Assembly: GCA_963755435.1 (NCBI GenBank)
Contig: CAVWJX010000016.1
Location: forward strand, 1,048 to 65,047
Direction of reading: 5' to 3'
DNA from: an uncultured Alphaproteobacteria bacterium
GTDB taxonomy: Bacteria > Pseudomonadota > Alphaproteobacteria > ATCC43930 > CGMCC-115725
DNA: 64,000 bases
This document shows positions 1-8,515 of this stretch, in pieces. The stretch's first letter is position 1. Each line of letters begins with the position of its first letter. The position numbers and the translations under genes are program-made. The notes beneath the pieces were generated by a model. It searched no databases, was not told where the DNA came from, and saw nothing but the letters and a program-made list of their open reading frames with translations.

Positions 1-120
1 ACTGTCGCCGGTCTCCGCAAGACCAAGCTCAGAGGGCTGGCAAAAGTGGACTGGGCCTTCACCTTTGCCGCCGCTGCCTACAACCTCGTGCGTCTGCCAA
101 AGCTGGTCGGGGCGGCATGA
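1..120 (+). CDS. IS5/IS1182-family transposase, C-terminal 39 codons (5' part outside window)
   Basis: Frame 1 reads TVAGLRKTKLRGLAKVDWAFTFAAAAYNLVRLPKLVGAA*. This is collinear with the C-terminus of the transposase at 38996-40121 (MVAGLRQTKLRGRAKVAWAFTFAVAAYNLVRAPALLAAA*). Confidence 0.8.
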   Translation, partial: TVAGLRKTKLRGLAKVDWAFTFAAAAYNLVRLPKLVGAA

Positions 121-464
121 GCGGCCCGGCCGGTTGCGAAGTCATCGGCCGCTGGCGCATCGTCGCGTCCGATCTGTGGGATCGCGATTATCTCGATCTC
201 GCCGGACCCGCCTATTTGCAGTTCGGTGCTGCGGGCTGGGCCGAGTTTAGCTTTGGCGCAGTCGACGCCACCGCCGAACTCGAATACGGCCGGCGCATCA
301 TCTTTTTTCACTGGAGTGGCTTTGACGAGGGCGACGCCATCGCCGGCGACGGATCGGCCGAATTACAAGACGATGGCTCTCTTGAAATCGAGCTGTCCTT
401 CGACGACGGTGACGACGCCATTCTCACCGCCAACCGCGAAACGACTTCTTCAACAGCCTGCTAG
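117..464 (+). CDS. IS-borne second ORF (orfB), acidic 115-aa protein of unknown function
   Basis: ATG overlaps the transposase stop (ATGA). A paralogous ORF occupies the same position in the other IS copy (38667-38996), with shared blocks GRWRIV..DLWD, FF.WSGFDEGD and GDGSAELQDDGS.EIELSFD.GDDAILTA. Confidence 0.65.
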   Translation: MSGPAGCEVIGRWRIVASDLWDRDYLDLAGPAYLQFGAAGWAEFSFGAVDATAELEYGRRIIFFHWSGFDEGDAIAGDGSAELQDDGSLEIELSFDDGDDAILTANRETTSSTAC

Positions 465-1080
465 TGCTGGTCGTCTTCTCGATCGTGATCGCGACGCTGT
501 GGTTTGCGACGCAATGGGCGGCGGCGCAACTCGCCCAAGCCTCAGCTTTGGCGCACCGTGGATCTCCGTCGCTTTTTTTCTGGTCTACTATCCATAGCGC
601 CTGTTCGAGTGGTGGTACGCCTTTGACGCCTACGCGCCGGCTCTTTTCAACGAGGCCGGCGCGATTGCGGCGAGCGGCGGCGTCGCAGGCAACATCGTCG
701 CCGTCTTTGGCTCGCTATGGCGGGCGCGACAGAACCGGCTGGTGACGACCTACGGCTCGTCGCGCTGGGCAAAGGCCCGCGAGATTGGGGAGGCCGGCCT
801 GTTTCGTTCTGCCGGCGTCTTCCTCAACCGCCTCGACCCGGACTATTTGCGCACGACGGCCCCCGAGCACATCACGGCCTTCGCGCCGACCTGGTCGGAT
901 AAGGGCGTCGGCCTCGCCCTGGTCGATCCGGAAGGCGCCCTCGAACGCCGAAACCATTGGGAGAAGAAGACCAGCCACTCGTCGCTGGTCGGCGCCGTCC
1001 TGCACGTCCCCTACGCCGACGAGGAGAAGACGCTGGCCCGACTTGCGACCTTCCTCTCCGACCTGCGCCGCTTCCCAAGC
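465..1080 (+). pseudogene. traG: TraG/VirD4-type conjugative coupling protein relic
   Basis: Reads LVVFSIVIATLWFATQWAAAQL.., GAPWISVAFFLVYYP*RLFEWWYAFDAYAP.., RLVTTYGSSRWAKAREIGEAGLF.., PEHITAFAPTWSDKGVGL and VLHVPYADEEKTLARLATFLSD. The N-terminus is cut by the IS at 464. There is a frameshift near 545, an in-frame TAG at 595-597, an internal deletion after GVGL, and no 3' half. Confidence 0.8.
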
Positions 1081-1241
1081 TTACAACGAGAGTCCGGTTC
1101 CCTTCACCAGCTCCAGCCTCGAGACTTAAAACGTCACCCGATCTGAAGCCGGTTTTTGCCGCCATTTGGCACGCCGATCACCTGGCGGAAGATCGAGCGT
1201 GGCATTCGCCGCTCTTTTGCGCCACCCTTTGGCAGACGCAG

Positions 1242-2087
1242 ATGGGAAAAGGGGAAGCGCCGATGTTGATCGTCGATGGACAGATCCATCTCTGGCAGAA
1301 GGGGACGCCCTCCGCGCACCATCGCCAGGAGCCCTATTCGGCAGAGCAGGCAATCGCCGGCATGGATGCCGCCGGCGTCGATCGCGCGCTGATCCACCCG
1401 GTGCTGTGGGACCCGGACTCGAACGAACTGGCGCAGGCGGCGGTGCGAAAATACCCCGACCGCTTCGCCATCATGGGCTGGTTCTATCTCGACGACCCGA
1501 ACGGAAGCGACCTCGTCGCCCATTGGAAGGAGCGCCCGGGCATGCTCGGGCTGCGCTTTTATACCAACGAGCGGCACCCGCAATCCTGGTTCACCGACGG
1601 CACGCTCGACTGGCTGTGGCCCGCCGCCGAGCGCGCGAGGGTGCCGATCGCACTTGGTGCTGCGATGTTTCTGCCGACGGTCGGCCAGATCGCCGAGCGC
1701 CACCCCGGTCTGAAGCTGATCGTCGATCACATGGGCGTGCCGCGCGCCAGCACGGGCGAGGCGGCCTATCGCTTCCAACCGGGATTGCTGGCGCTCGCCA
1801 AGCATCCGAACATCGCGGTCAAGGCGACCGGCCAGGCGGGCTACGCCGAGGACGAATACCCGTTCCGCAGCCTCCATCCGCATCTGCATCGCTGCTTCGA
1901 TGCGTTCGGCCCAGAGCGGATGTTCTGGGGCACCGACATCACCCGGATGCCGTGCTCCTGGCGGCAATGCGTGAGCCTGTTCACCGAGGAACTGCCCTGG
2001 CTCAAGGGCCGCGACCTCGACCTCGTCATGGGCGAGGCCCTGTGCAACTGGATCGGCTGGCAACTCCCGGCCGGCGGCAAGGGGTGA
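1242..2087 (+). CDS. Amidohydrolase-2 family metal-dependent hydrolase
   Basis: Reads MGKGEAPMLIVDGQIHLW.., GVDRALIHP, LKLIVDHMG and MFWGTDITR, typical of the PF04909-like TIM-barrel hydrolases. Alternative start at 1263. Confidence 0.75.
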   Translation: MGKGEAPMLIVDGQIHLWQKGTPSAHHRQEPYSAEQAIAGMDAAGVDRALIHPVLWDPDSNELAQAAVRKYPDRFAIMGWFYLDDPNGSDLVAHWKERPGMLGLRFYTNERHPQSWFTDGTLDWLWPAAERARVPIALGAAMFLPTVGQIAERHPGLKLIVDHMGVPRASTGEAAYRFQPGLLALAKHPNIAVKATGQAGYAEDEYPFRSLHPHLHRCFDAFGPERMFWGTDITRMPCSWRQCVSLFTEELPWLKGRDLDLVMGEALCNWIGWQLPAGGKG

Positions 2088-2352
2088 GGCCATAGACGCG
2101 CCCGAAACTTAACGGACTGCCCCATTCCGACCATTGCTTGACGCGACCCTAAAGGTCTCGGGAGGGTGGATTCCGGTCCTTCGCCGACAGGCACGCCAGC
2201 AGTGAAGTAGCGCCGAAACCGGCCGTGCGCTCGGCCGCGCCAACAACGATGCCAGGGCAAGGTAGTGGGTCAGACCCACTACGGGGCAAGGCAGGGATTA
2301 ACTCAACGACGATGCCGATTTATCGTAAATTCGGAAATCTAAGGTGATCGTG

Positions 2353-2406
2353 ATGGGTCGGCTATCCAAGTTCAACATTCCGCTGAGAGGCTCCTGGCAC
2401 TATTGA
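2353..2406 (+). CDS. 17-aa micro-ORF (MGRLSKFNIPLRGSWHY), candidate leader or precursor peptide
   Basis: AGGTGA Shine-Dalgarno-like sequence at 2342-2347, 5 nt before the ATG. Its TGA (2404-2406) directly abuts the ATG of the next gene (2407). Too short for the supplied ORF track. Confidence 0.3.
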   Translation: MGRLSKFNIPLRGSWHY

Positions 2407-3270
2407 ATGCCGGGGGAGCCAGATCCCCTCGTTGAGGGGCCGGATTTCATCGAGAAGGTCGCGAGAGCCGACGAGATCATCGCCAGGCTGCGGGATGGCG
2501 ATTGGGATTTTGAAAAGGCGCGGGAAGTCTTCGCGCGTGACGCCCGGGCGGATGTTCTCGGCAAAGAAATCTTAAACTTCTACGACGGCCGACACATCAG
2601 CCGCTACGGTAAGCTGATTCTCGGTGGGGTTGGTCGAGCCTTCAACCTGATCGGGCATTTCCCGAGCACCGCGACGTTCCGGGTGAACGCGCCCGGCGTC
2701 GCAGGCATGGTAAGCGAGGTCAAAGCTGCCCTCGGATCGGATGGCCTCACTGAGGTGCCACGCTATAAGGAACTCGGACGGCCGCAAAAGATCGAATTTT
2801 TCAACTACAGCATCTTCTACACGCTTGAGGAGTTGATCCGATTCTTTATCTTGAACAATTCTGGATGCTTTCCAAGCACGCTTGAGCACCTCAAGCGCCT
2901 GTTCGCAGCCGGAAATATCGTCCAAGGCAGCCAGTACGCGCCCGCCATACCCTCCTTCGATCTCAGACGGCCGGCCGTGATGGAAGTCGAGTGCCTCGAG
3001 ATGTCGTTCTCAAGCCGCACGATGGAGTGGATGGAGCGCCCGCTTTACGGAGGGCTGGATCAGGTTACGGTGCACAAGGAGTATCTACTTACCCCCGAGC
3101 GGACAGAATTGGCGCATCCTTTCCTCGAGCTGGAGCGCACTGGCCGGGTCAGTTTGAACGGTCGGACTTGGTTTGTGCGCGAGTTCGGCGGCCTCGTTCA
3201 CAAGGAGGGGATCCGCGATTCCAGTGTGCCGGAAGAGGGGGCCGGCGCGCCGCAGGAACGGAAAGATTGA
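2407..3270 (+). CDS. Hypothetical protein (287 aa), no family recognised
   Basis: Long ORF in a visibly lower-GC stretch. Its stop overlaps the start of the next gene (TGATG at 3268-3272). Confidence 0.6.
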   Translation: MPGEPDPLVEGPDFIEKVARADEIIARLRDGDWDFEKAREVFARDARADVLGKEILNFYDGRHISRYGKLILGGVGRAFNLIGHFPSTATFRVNAPGVAGMVSEVKAALGSDGLTEVPRYKELGRPQKIEFFNYSIFYTLEELIRFFILNNSGCFPSTLEHLKRLFAAGNIVQGSQYAPAIPSFDLRRPAVMEVECLEMSFSSRTMEWMERPLYGGLDQVTVHKEYLLTPERTELAHPFLELERTGRVSLNGRTWFVREFGGLVHKEGIRDSSVPEEGAGAPQERKD

Positions 3271-4829
3271 TGTGGGACGGCAGCATCGGGCCGTCTGGGC
3301 GTTGTGCGCCGATTGACCTTCATGTGCGGGGACGCATCCCGGATGCGGTCGCGGGAGCGCTCCTCGTGCCGTGCAGCCGGCGCAACAAACGACGCGACGT
3401 CTATTCTCGCTGGCATGACTCACAGGCTGACCTGATCCGACTTACGCTTGAACCTGGCGTGCCTGGCCAGGTGAGAGCCGAAATTGTGGAGATAGATCCG
3501 CTCGCCAAGGACGTGAGCGGCGCGCAGCCGAACTGGTTGGACCTGTGCGCGGATGGGACGGATCCGGCCTTCGGCTACGTTACGCAGCCGAACCATGGAG
3601 TTAATGCAACAAACGGTCGGATCTGGATCACTAATCTCATGTTCGGCGCGCCTCTGGAGCTAGACGCCGATACGCTGAGTCCGACCCGTGTCCTGCAGCC
3701 AGTGCAGGTCAGCAAAGATATGCCTCGTGTGACCAGCACTGCACATTTCGCATTCAGCCTCGATAGTCGCTACGCCTATTTCCACCAATCGGCGCTCGCC
3801 CGCGAGGGAGGCGGTGATCCGGTTCGGTCCGGTCCTGTCCATCTGGTTCGCATCGACCTCCGCACGGGCAACCACCGCACCTGGGTAGTGAAGCCGCCTG
3901 CCGGCACGGATATGTCGTCGGTCAACTTCCATTCAGCCTTCTATTTCGAAGAGGAGGGCAGAAGATATATCGGCCTGTTGCAAACCGCAGCCCGGTTCGA
4001 GACGGTCGGTCCCGGTGGACTAGTTCCTCCGAAGACCAAGGCCCGCATGCAGTATTCTGAAATATGGATTATCGAGATTGACGAGCAGCGTGACGAGTTG
4101 TCCGCGCAACTCATTCCCGGCATTCGCGAGATCGCGGGCTACGCCCTGTCTCATCTTTGCATCGACAATAAAGATAGAGATGGTTTTGTCCTGTTCGCCA
4201 ACTTCAAAAACTCAGATGTCGGGGATGAGACCCGAGGAGAAAACATCTATGGCGCCGCTCCCGATGCCGTAATCGAGCACTATTCAGGCATGGTCGTGGA
4301 AGCGTTTGACTGCGGCAAAGTCATCCGAGTTGAGCGCCGCAACGGCATCTATCGCATAAAGATCTTGGCTCAAGACTATTTTCACGCTGCGAACTCGCGT
4401 GGCCACACATGGCTTCCGATCAATCTATGCCTTGATGCCAGTCGCAAGTACGTTTTCGGTAACTTCAATGGTCTACACCCTCGCCTGGTAGGCCGGCACA
4501 CCTATGACCTCTACAATCCAGAGTGCCTGAAGCCGAGCGAGGCGCGGAACATCCCCGAGGTCCATATGCGTTTGAGGGCCGATGACCTCACCCTCGATGT
4601 TCGCTCTGGACGTTCGCACCTCGCGTATACCCTCCCCAGCGCCATGGCTATAATCGGCGATGTGGAGACCGGCTACATGTGCAGTTTCTCCCCCGAGATG
4701 GGGTTGTTCATCACGCCGCTGAACGATCTCTCGAAGGTAGTCTGCCACGCCATCGGGCACGAACTCTGGACCTATGGCACCACCCATTTCCGGCCCGAGC
4801 CAGCACACGCCATCCATCTGCCGACCTGA
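3270..4829 (+). CDS. Carotenoid/stilbene cleavage oxygenase-like (RPE65/CCO-fold) protein, divergent
   Basis: The N-terminal APIDLHVRGRIPDAVAGALL resembles the family signature L.V.G.IP..L.G.L.RNGP. His-containing blocks (NHGVNA, TSTAHFAFSLDSRYAYF, VNFHSAFYFEEEG, GTTHFRPEPAHAIH) occur in the order expected for the four iron-binding histidines. The assignment is from memory of the family, not a search. Confidence 0.5.
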   Translation: MWDGSIGPSGRCAPIDLHVRGRIPDAVAGALLVPCSRRNKRRDVYSRWHDSQADLIRLTLEPGVPGQVRAEIVEIDPLAKDVSGAQPNWLDLCADGTDPAFGYVTQPNHGVNATNGRIWITNLMFGAPLELDADTLSPTRVLQPVQVSKDMPRVTSTAHFAFSLDSRYAYFHQSALAREGGGDPVRSGPVHLVRIDLRTGNHRTWVVKPPAGTDMSSVNFHSAFYFEEEGRRYIGLLQTAARFETVGPGGLVPPKTKARMQYSEIWIIEIDEQRDELSAQLIPGIREIAGYALSHLCIDNKDRDGFVLFANFKNSDVGDETRGENIYGAAPDAVIEHYSGMVVEAFDCGKVIRVERRNGIYRIKILAQDYFHAANSRGHTWLPINLCLDASRKYVFGNFNGLHPRLVGRHTYDLYNPECLKPSEARNIPEVHMRLRADDLTLDVRSGRSHLAYTLPSAMAIIGDVETGYMCSFSPEMGLFITPLNDLSKVVCHAIGHELWTYGTTHFRPEPAHAIHLPT

Positions 4830-4845
4830 GGCCGCCTCCGGCCTC

Positions 4846-5247
4846 GTGTTGAGGCTGGCAGACTGGCAAGCCTTATCCACACACGCGATCGAGAGCTATC
4901 CGAGCGAGTCGGTCGGGATCCTCTGCGGATACCTAGGCAGGCCCACCGAGGGATATTATCGGCTGGTCAACCGACAATCAGGTCGCGCCTTTGAGGCGTG
5001 CCCCAATTCGTTAACCTGTGTGCTTGCTGCGATCGAAGACGCCGGCAGGGTGCCGCTCGTGCTCTGTCACTCGCATCCCGATGGGGTTGCTCACCTGTCC
5101 CTGGAGGATGTGCATGGGCTCCGAGGTTGGCCAGCTCTAACCGGGGTAATCGCGGTCTCGCAAAGCCGCATTCTGGACTTTCGAGCGTTCTCAATCGAGT
5201 CCGAGCGGTTGATCCGGAATATTCCGATCACGATAAGCAAGGATTGA
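4846..5247 (+). CDS. JAB1/MPN/Mov34 (JAMM) metallopeptidase, stand-alone ~133 aa
   Basis: Intact JAMM motif: E in YPSESVGILCG, then CHSHPDGVAHLSLED (H-S-H-x7-S-x2-D). GTG 4846 or TTG 4849 start, 16 nt after the upstream stop. The track ORF from 4774 overlaps the upstream gene. Confidence 0.75.
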   Translation: MLRLADWQALSTHAIESYPSESVGILCGYLGRPTEGYYRLVNRQSGRAFEACPNSLTCVLAAIEDAGRVPLVLCHSHPDGVAHLSLEDVHGLRGWPALTGVIAVSQSRILDFRAFSIESERLIRNIPITISKD

Positions 5248-5299
5248 TGCAAAGTACTATTCTTGGACCTAAGTTTCGGCGTGCAGCAGGGCAGTCGAG

Positions 5300-5478
5300 A
5301 CACGCCTTGTAGCCGCGCGATGACATGCGCTTCCTTACTCGCTAGACCCGTCCCGCGGCGCATTGCAGCGGGGCACCCACGCGGCGGCGCCGCTCCTTGT
5401 AGAGCATCGGTAAAGGGCGCAGATGCCGTCCTCGCGCCCGGCCGATTTGAACCAGTCGAGAAACTGCGCCGTCGCGTC
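5300..5478 (-). pseudogene. C-terminal fragment of an LLM (NtaA/DszA-type) monooxygenase
   Basis: Minus strand reads VDATAQFLDWFKSAGREDGI.., then after a frame change LPMLYKERRR. This resembles the ..VAD.L..WF..GA.DGF.. tail seen in the intact LLM genes of this window. No start codon and no N-terminal part. Confidence 0.3.
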
Positions 5479-6320
5479 GACCTGGGCAGGATGGTTTCAA
5501 CCTCGGCTGGAAACTCGCCGCGGTTCTGCGCGGTCTCGCCGCGCCCGAACTCCTCCGAACCTACTCCGATGAGCGACGCGCAGTCGCTCAGGAGCTGATC
5601 GACTTCGATCGCGAGCTCGCAGCGATGTTTAGCGCCCCACCCAAGGACCCCACGGACCGCGACAGCGACGGCGTGGATCCCGCAGATTTGCAGCGCTATC
5701 TCACGCAGCACCTCCGCTTCACTGCGGGAACCGAGACCCGCTACCGCAGTTCGATCATCTGTGCCGTTCCAACCTGGCAGCGACTAGCCACGGGCCTGCC
5801 CATCGGAAAGCGATTTCATTCGGCTCCCGTCATTCGTCTCGCCGATGCGCGCTCTCTCCAAATCGGCCACATCGCGAGTGCCGACGGCCGCTGGCGGCTC
5901 TACGTCTTCACACCCGCCGAGGATCCGGGCGCACCCTCGTCGCGCCTTCATGCCCTCTGCACCTTCCTCACCGCGTCTGCCCGCTCACCGATCCGCCGCT
6001 TTACCCCACCGGGTGCGGACATCGACGCCGTTATCGACCTCCGTGCCATCTTCCAGCACGGCCACCGCGATCTCGACCTGGGGGCGATGCCCTCCTTGCT
6101 CCTGCCCAGCAAGGGACGCTACGGGCTGCACGACCACGAAAAGATGTTCTGCCCCGACCGCAGGCTGGGCCAGGACATCTTCGACTTGCGGGGCATCGAC
6201 CGGGATCAAGGCTGCATCGTCGTTGTCCGCCCCGACCAGTATGTCGCTCACATACTCCCGCTGGACGCCCACGAGGCACTCGCCTTCTTCTTCGACGCCT
6301 TCATGCTCCCGGCGGCGTAG
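5478..6320 (+). pseudogene. FAD-dependent aromatic (phenol 2-monooxygenase-like) hydroxylase, C-terminal fragment only
   Basis: The frame reads ..GQDGFNLGWKLAAVLRGLAAPELLRTYSDERRAVAQELIDFDRELAAMF.. and continues into a thioredoxin-like C-terminal domain. The FAD-binding N-terminal half is absent. Confidence 0.7.
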
Positions 6321-7071
6321 CTTCGCTTCCGAGCGATCTTCGGTCAGCGCATCCCCCAAGAAGACCTCCGTAGGCGCCGGTAAGAGGATCGAACCCGGAA
6401 TACTGCACCGCGCCGCTGGCGCGGCCCTGCTTACGGCGCCGAGGAGACTACCGGGCCGCGGACCCGGAATCCCGTTCCCACCCTTCGACGACGACCCGGC
6501 CTGCGGGGGCCGATGTTCGGAGGGATCATCCCGGAAGTCCGAGGCTTTTTGCGCACATCGCGGGCTCAGGAAGAACGCTCAACGCCCCGTCATGGCCTGC
6601 GCGCTGGCCAATCTGTTCATGGTCCGACGGCAATTCTTGCGCTTGCAGGCGGCGTAATGTACACCCTACGCGAGAAACGCCGTACCGACGACTTACCACC
6701 AGACAACGGCGATGCCATCCTCCTTTCTGCTGCCCAATGAGGGCCTCCCGACGCCTCCGAGCCACACGATTGCCGCTTATTCAGACCTTCCCTAAACCGG
6801 CGACCGGCCGCGCACCAAGCCCGCGCCGGTCGCTGATCCCTGAATGGCCAATGATGCGTAAGTGGCCACCAATTGCAGATGTCACGCCCGCCGTATAAGC
6901 GCCATTCTGGAAAGCCGGTTGCGGGAGTGAAGGCACTTGCTTCCCCTTATATTCCCGCGCTCCATTTTGACGCGCATGTGCTGCGAGCGCTTGAGCTGCT
7001 CATCGGCTGCTAATGAGAAACTAGGGTCCAAGCCTCGCCGCTTTGATTTTATTATAGAAATATGGTGGGGG

Positions 7072-7162
7072 TGGCGGAGGGGATGAGATTCGAACTCACG
7101 ATAGGGGTTTAACCCTATAACGGTTTAGCAAACCGCCGCCTTCAGCCACTCGGCCACCCCTC
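7072..7162 (-). tRNA. tRNA-Ser (anticodon GCU)
   Basis: Minus strand reads GGAGGGGTGGCCGAGTGGCTGAAGGCGGCGGTTTGCTAAACCGTTATAGGGTTAAACCCCTATCGTGAGTTCGAATCTCATCCCCTCCGCCA. It has a 7-bp acceptor stem, anticodon loop TTGCTAA, a long variable arm, a GTTCGAATC T-loop and an encoded CCA. Confidence 0.9.
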
Positions 7163-7287
7163 CACCGATGAGTGGGATCGTCACGGCGTATGCCCGAGAA
7201 GCCTAGCCGGCGGCCGGCGCCGAGTCAATTCCGCCCAAGCCGATCAGAGGGGCGCCGGCTGGATCGAACCCAGCTCGCCGGCCGCGC

Positions 7288-8172
7288 TCAGTCGAGCCGG
7301 CGGTGCAGGCCGGTGGCGACCTCGAGATACTCCGGATCGTCCGGCCGCAGAATCCCGTGCCGCACCGCAAAATCGAGGATCACCAGGTTGACGTTGAACT
7401 TGAAATCGAAGCTGTTGCGGATGCGCTCGAGCACCGCGATCGCCGGCATCAGCTCGAACCCAGAGAACTCGCCGTCGCGATTTTGCGGAACGAAATCGTC
7501 GGGTACTTCGAGGTCGTAGACAAACAAGACGTCGTCGCGGATGCCGAGCGTCGTCTCCATCCGATAGGCGACCGCACCCGCCGGGACCGCTCGCGCGATC
7601 AGGTCGGGCGGGATCATCGCTTCCTCGTCGGCTTCCTTGACCAGAGTTTCGCCGAGCCCGTGACCGTTGCCGATCCCGCCGGCGACCAGATTGTCGAGCT
7701 TGTTCGGCGCCACCCGCTTGTCGGCGGCGCGATGCCCGACCCATAGCGCCAGCCCAGTCCCGTCTGCTCTGGCCGGGGCCGGGCGCCCAGCCCCGTCCCG
7801 GCGATACCCGTTGAGGTGCACTCCATAGGCCCGGGTCCCGAAAAACGGCACCGCGCCGCGGTCCAGACGGAAGATTGGCGGCGCCCCCCAGTGCCGCACC
7901 ACGTCGAACGTCTCGCTGCGGGTTTTCGGGATGTGCTTTTCGGCAACCAGCGCGTCGACCACCTGATCGACCGCCCGGCTGATCGCGTCGGCGTCGCCCG
8001 GCGCAACCAGCTCGACCCGATCGTCGCCGACCGCGAACACCTCTGGAAAGCGCCGCAGCGCCGCGGCGTTGTCGCGGCGCAACAGCCCGATCCGGCCGCC
8101 ACCGGCGAGGAACGGCACCACCCGGTCCGGGGCGTAGCTGTTGCAGCGGATGATGTGATCGCGGAACGACAT
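7288..8172 (-). CDS. NUDIX hydrolase family protein
   Basis: 294-aa ORF with a Nudix-box-like region (GGIGNGHGLGETLVKEADEEA) and conserved N- and C-terminal extensions. Confidence 0.7.
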   Translation of the reverse strand: MSFRDHIIRCNSYAPDRVVPFLAGGGRIGLLRRDNAAALRRFPEVFAVGDDRVELVAPGDADAISRAVDQVVDALVAEKHIPKTRSETFDVVRHWGAPPIFRLDRGAVPFFGTRAYGVHLNGYRRDGAGRPAPARADGTGLALWVGHRAADKRVAPNKLDNLVAGGIGNGHGLGETLVKEADEEAMIPPDLIARAVPAGAVAYRMETTLGIRDDVLFVYDLEVPDDFVPQNRDGEFSGFELMPAIAVLERIRNSFDFKFNVNLVILDFAVRHGILRPDDPEYLEVATGLHRRLD

Positions 8173-8188
8173 CGGCGCCGTGTCTCCT

Positions 8189-8515
8189 CTAATCGGCAGC
8201 GCTGGCGTGGCCGGCGGGACGTGCTTGGCGACCGGAGGCGACCGCTTCGACCGAGGCGATCTGCCGCATCGCCGCAGCGATGTACTCGCCGATCTGCGTC
8301 GCCATCCCGTGCACTTGAATGTCGATCGTCAGCCGCTGCGGATCGCCGTCGGCAACGGCACTGTGCCAGCGCGACGGCACCAGCCCGCGCTTGGCGAACA
8401 GCTCGAGAACGCGGGGCATCACCCCCGGCTCGGCTCGCGCATCAACAAAAAAGTAAGCAACTTCGGCAAGATTGCTGTCAGCGGCGGCGCGCGCGGCAGA
8501 TGGCGGCATGATCAT
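8189..8515 (-). CDS. Hypothetical small protein (ACT-like?)
   Basis: Reads MIMPPSAARAAADSNLAEVAYFFVDARAEPGVMPRVLELFAKRGLVP... Lies 16 nt upstream of the NUDIX gene on the same strand. The start was chosen at the internal ATG. Confidence 0.5.
   Translation of the reverse strand: MIMPPSAARAAADSNLAEVAYFFVDARAEPGVMPRVLELFAKRGLVPSRWHSAVADGDPQRLTIDIQVHGMATQIGEYIAAAMRQIASVEAVASGRQARPAGHASAAD

Larger units (their letters stand above)
1..464 (+). mobile_element. Right-hand part of an IS5-family insertion sequence (copy A)
   Basis: Contains the transposase tail, an overlapping 115-aa second ORF and the terminal repeat CTTCTTCAACAGCCTG (445-460) followed by CTAG (461-464). The repeat matches both ends of the complete copy at 38647-40151. 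TraG-like coding sequence begins abruptly after 464. Confidence 0.75.

Noticed and set aside
2157-2185. Weak resemblance (GGGAGGGTGGATTCCGG) to the 3' end of tRNA-Ser (GGAGGGGATGAGATTCGAAC) as a possible distal att repeat
   Set aside because: Only scattered matches are separated by a gap. This is not distinguishable from chance by eye, so it was not used to define island borders.
4774-4845. Upstream ATG (4774) for the JAMM gene as given in the ORF track
   Set aside because: It would overlap the preceding gene by 56 nt and add a Pro/Ser-rich extension. The JAMM fold begins near LRLADWQAL, so GTG 4846 or TTG 4849 is more plausible.
6362-6436. tRNA-like sequence on the minus strand (GGCGCCG...GGGTTCGATCCTCTTACCGGCGCC, perfect 7-bp acceptor-like pairing and a TTCGATC T-loop)
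   Set aside because: The T-stem does not pair, there is no D-arm consensus, and the central hairpin has a 3-nt loop instead of an anticodon loop. It is at best a decayed tRNA relic or just a GC-rich hairpin.
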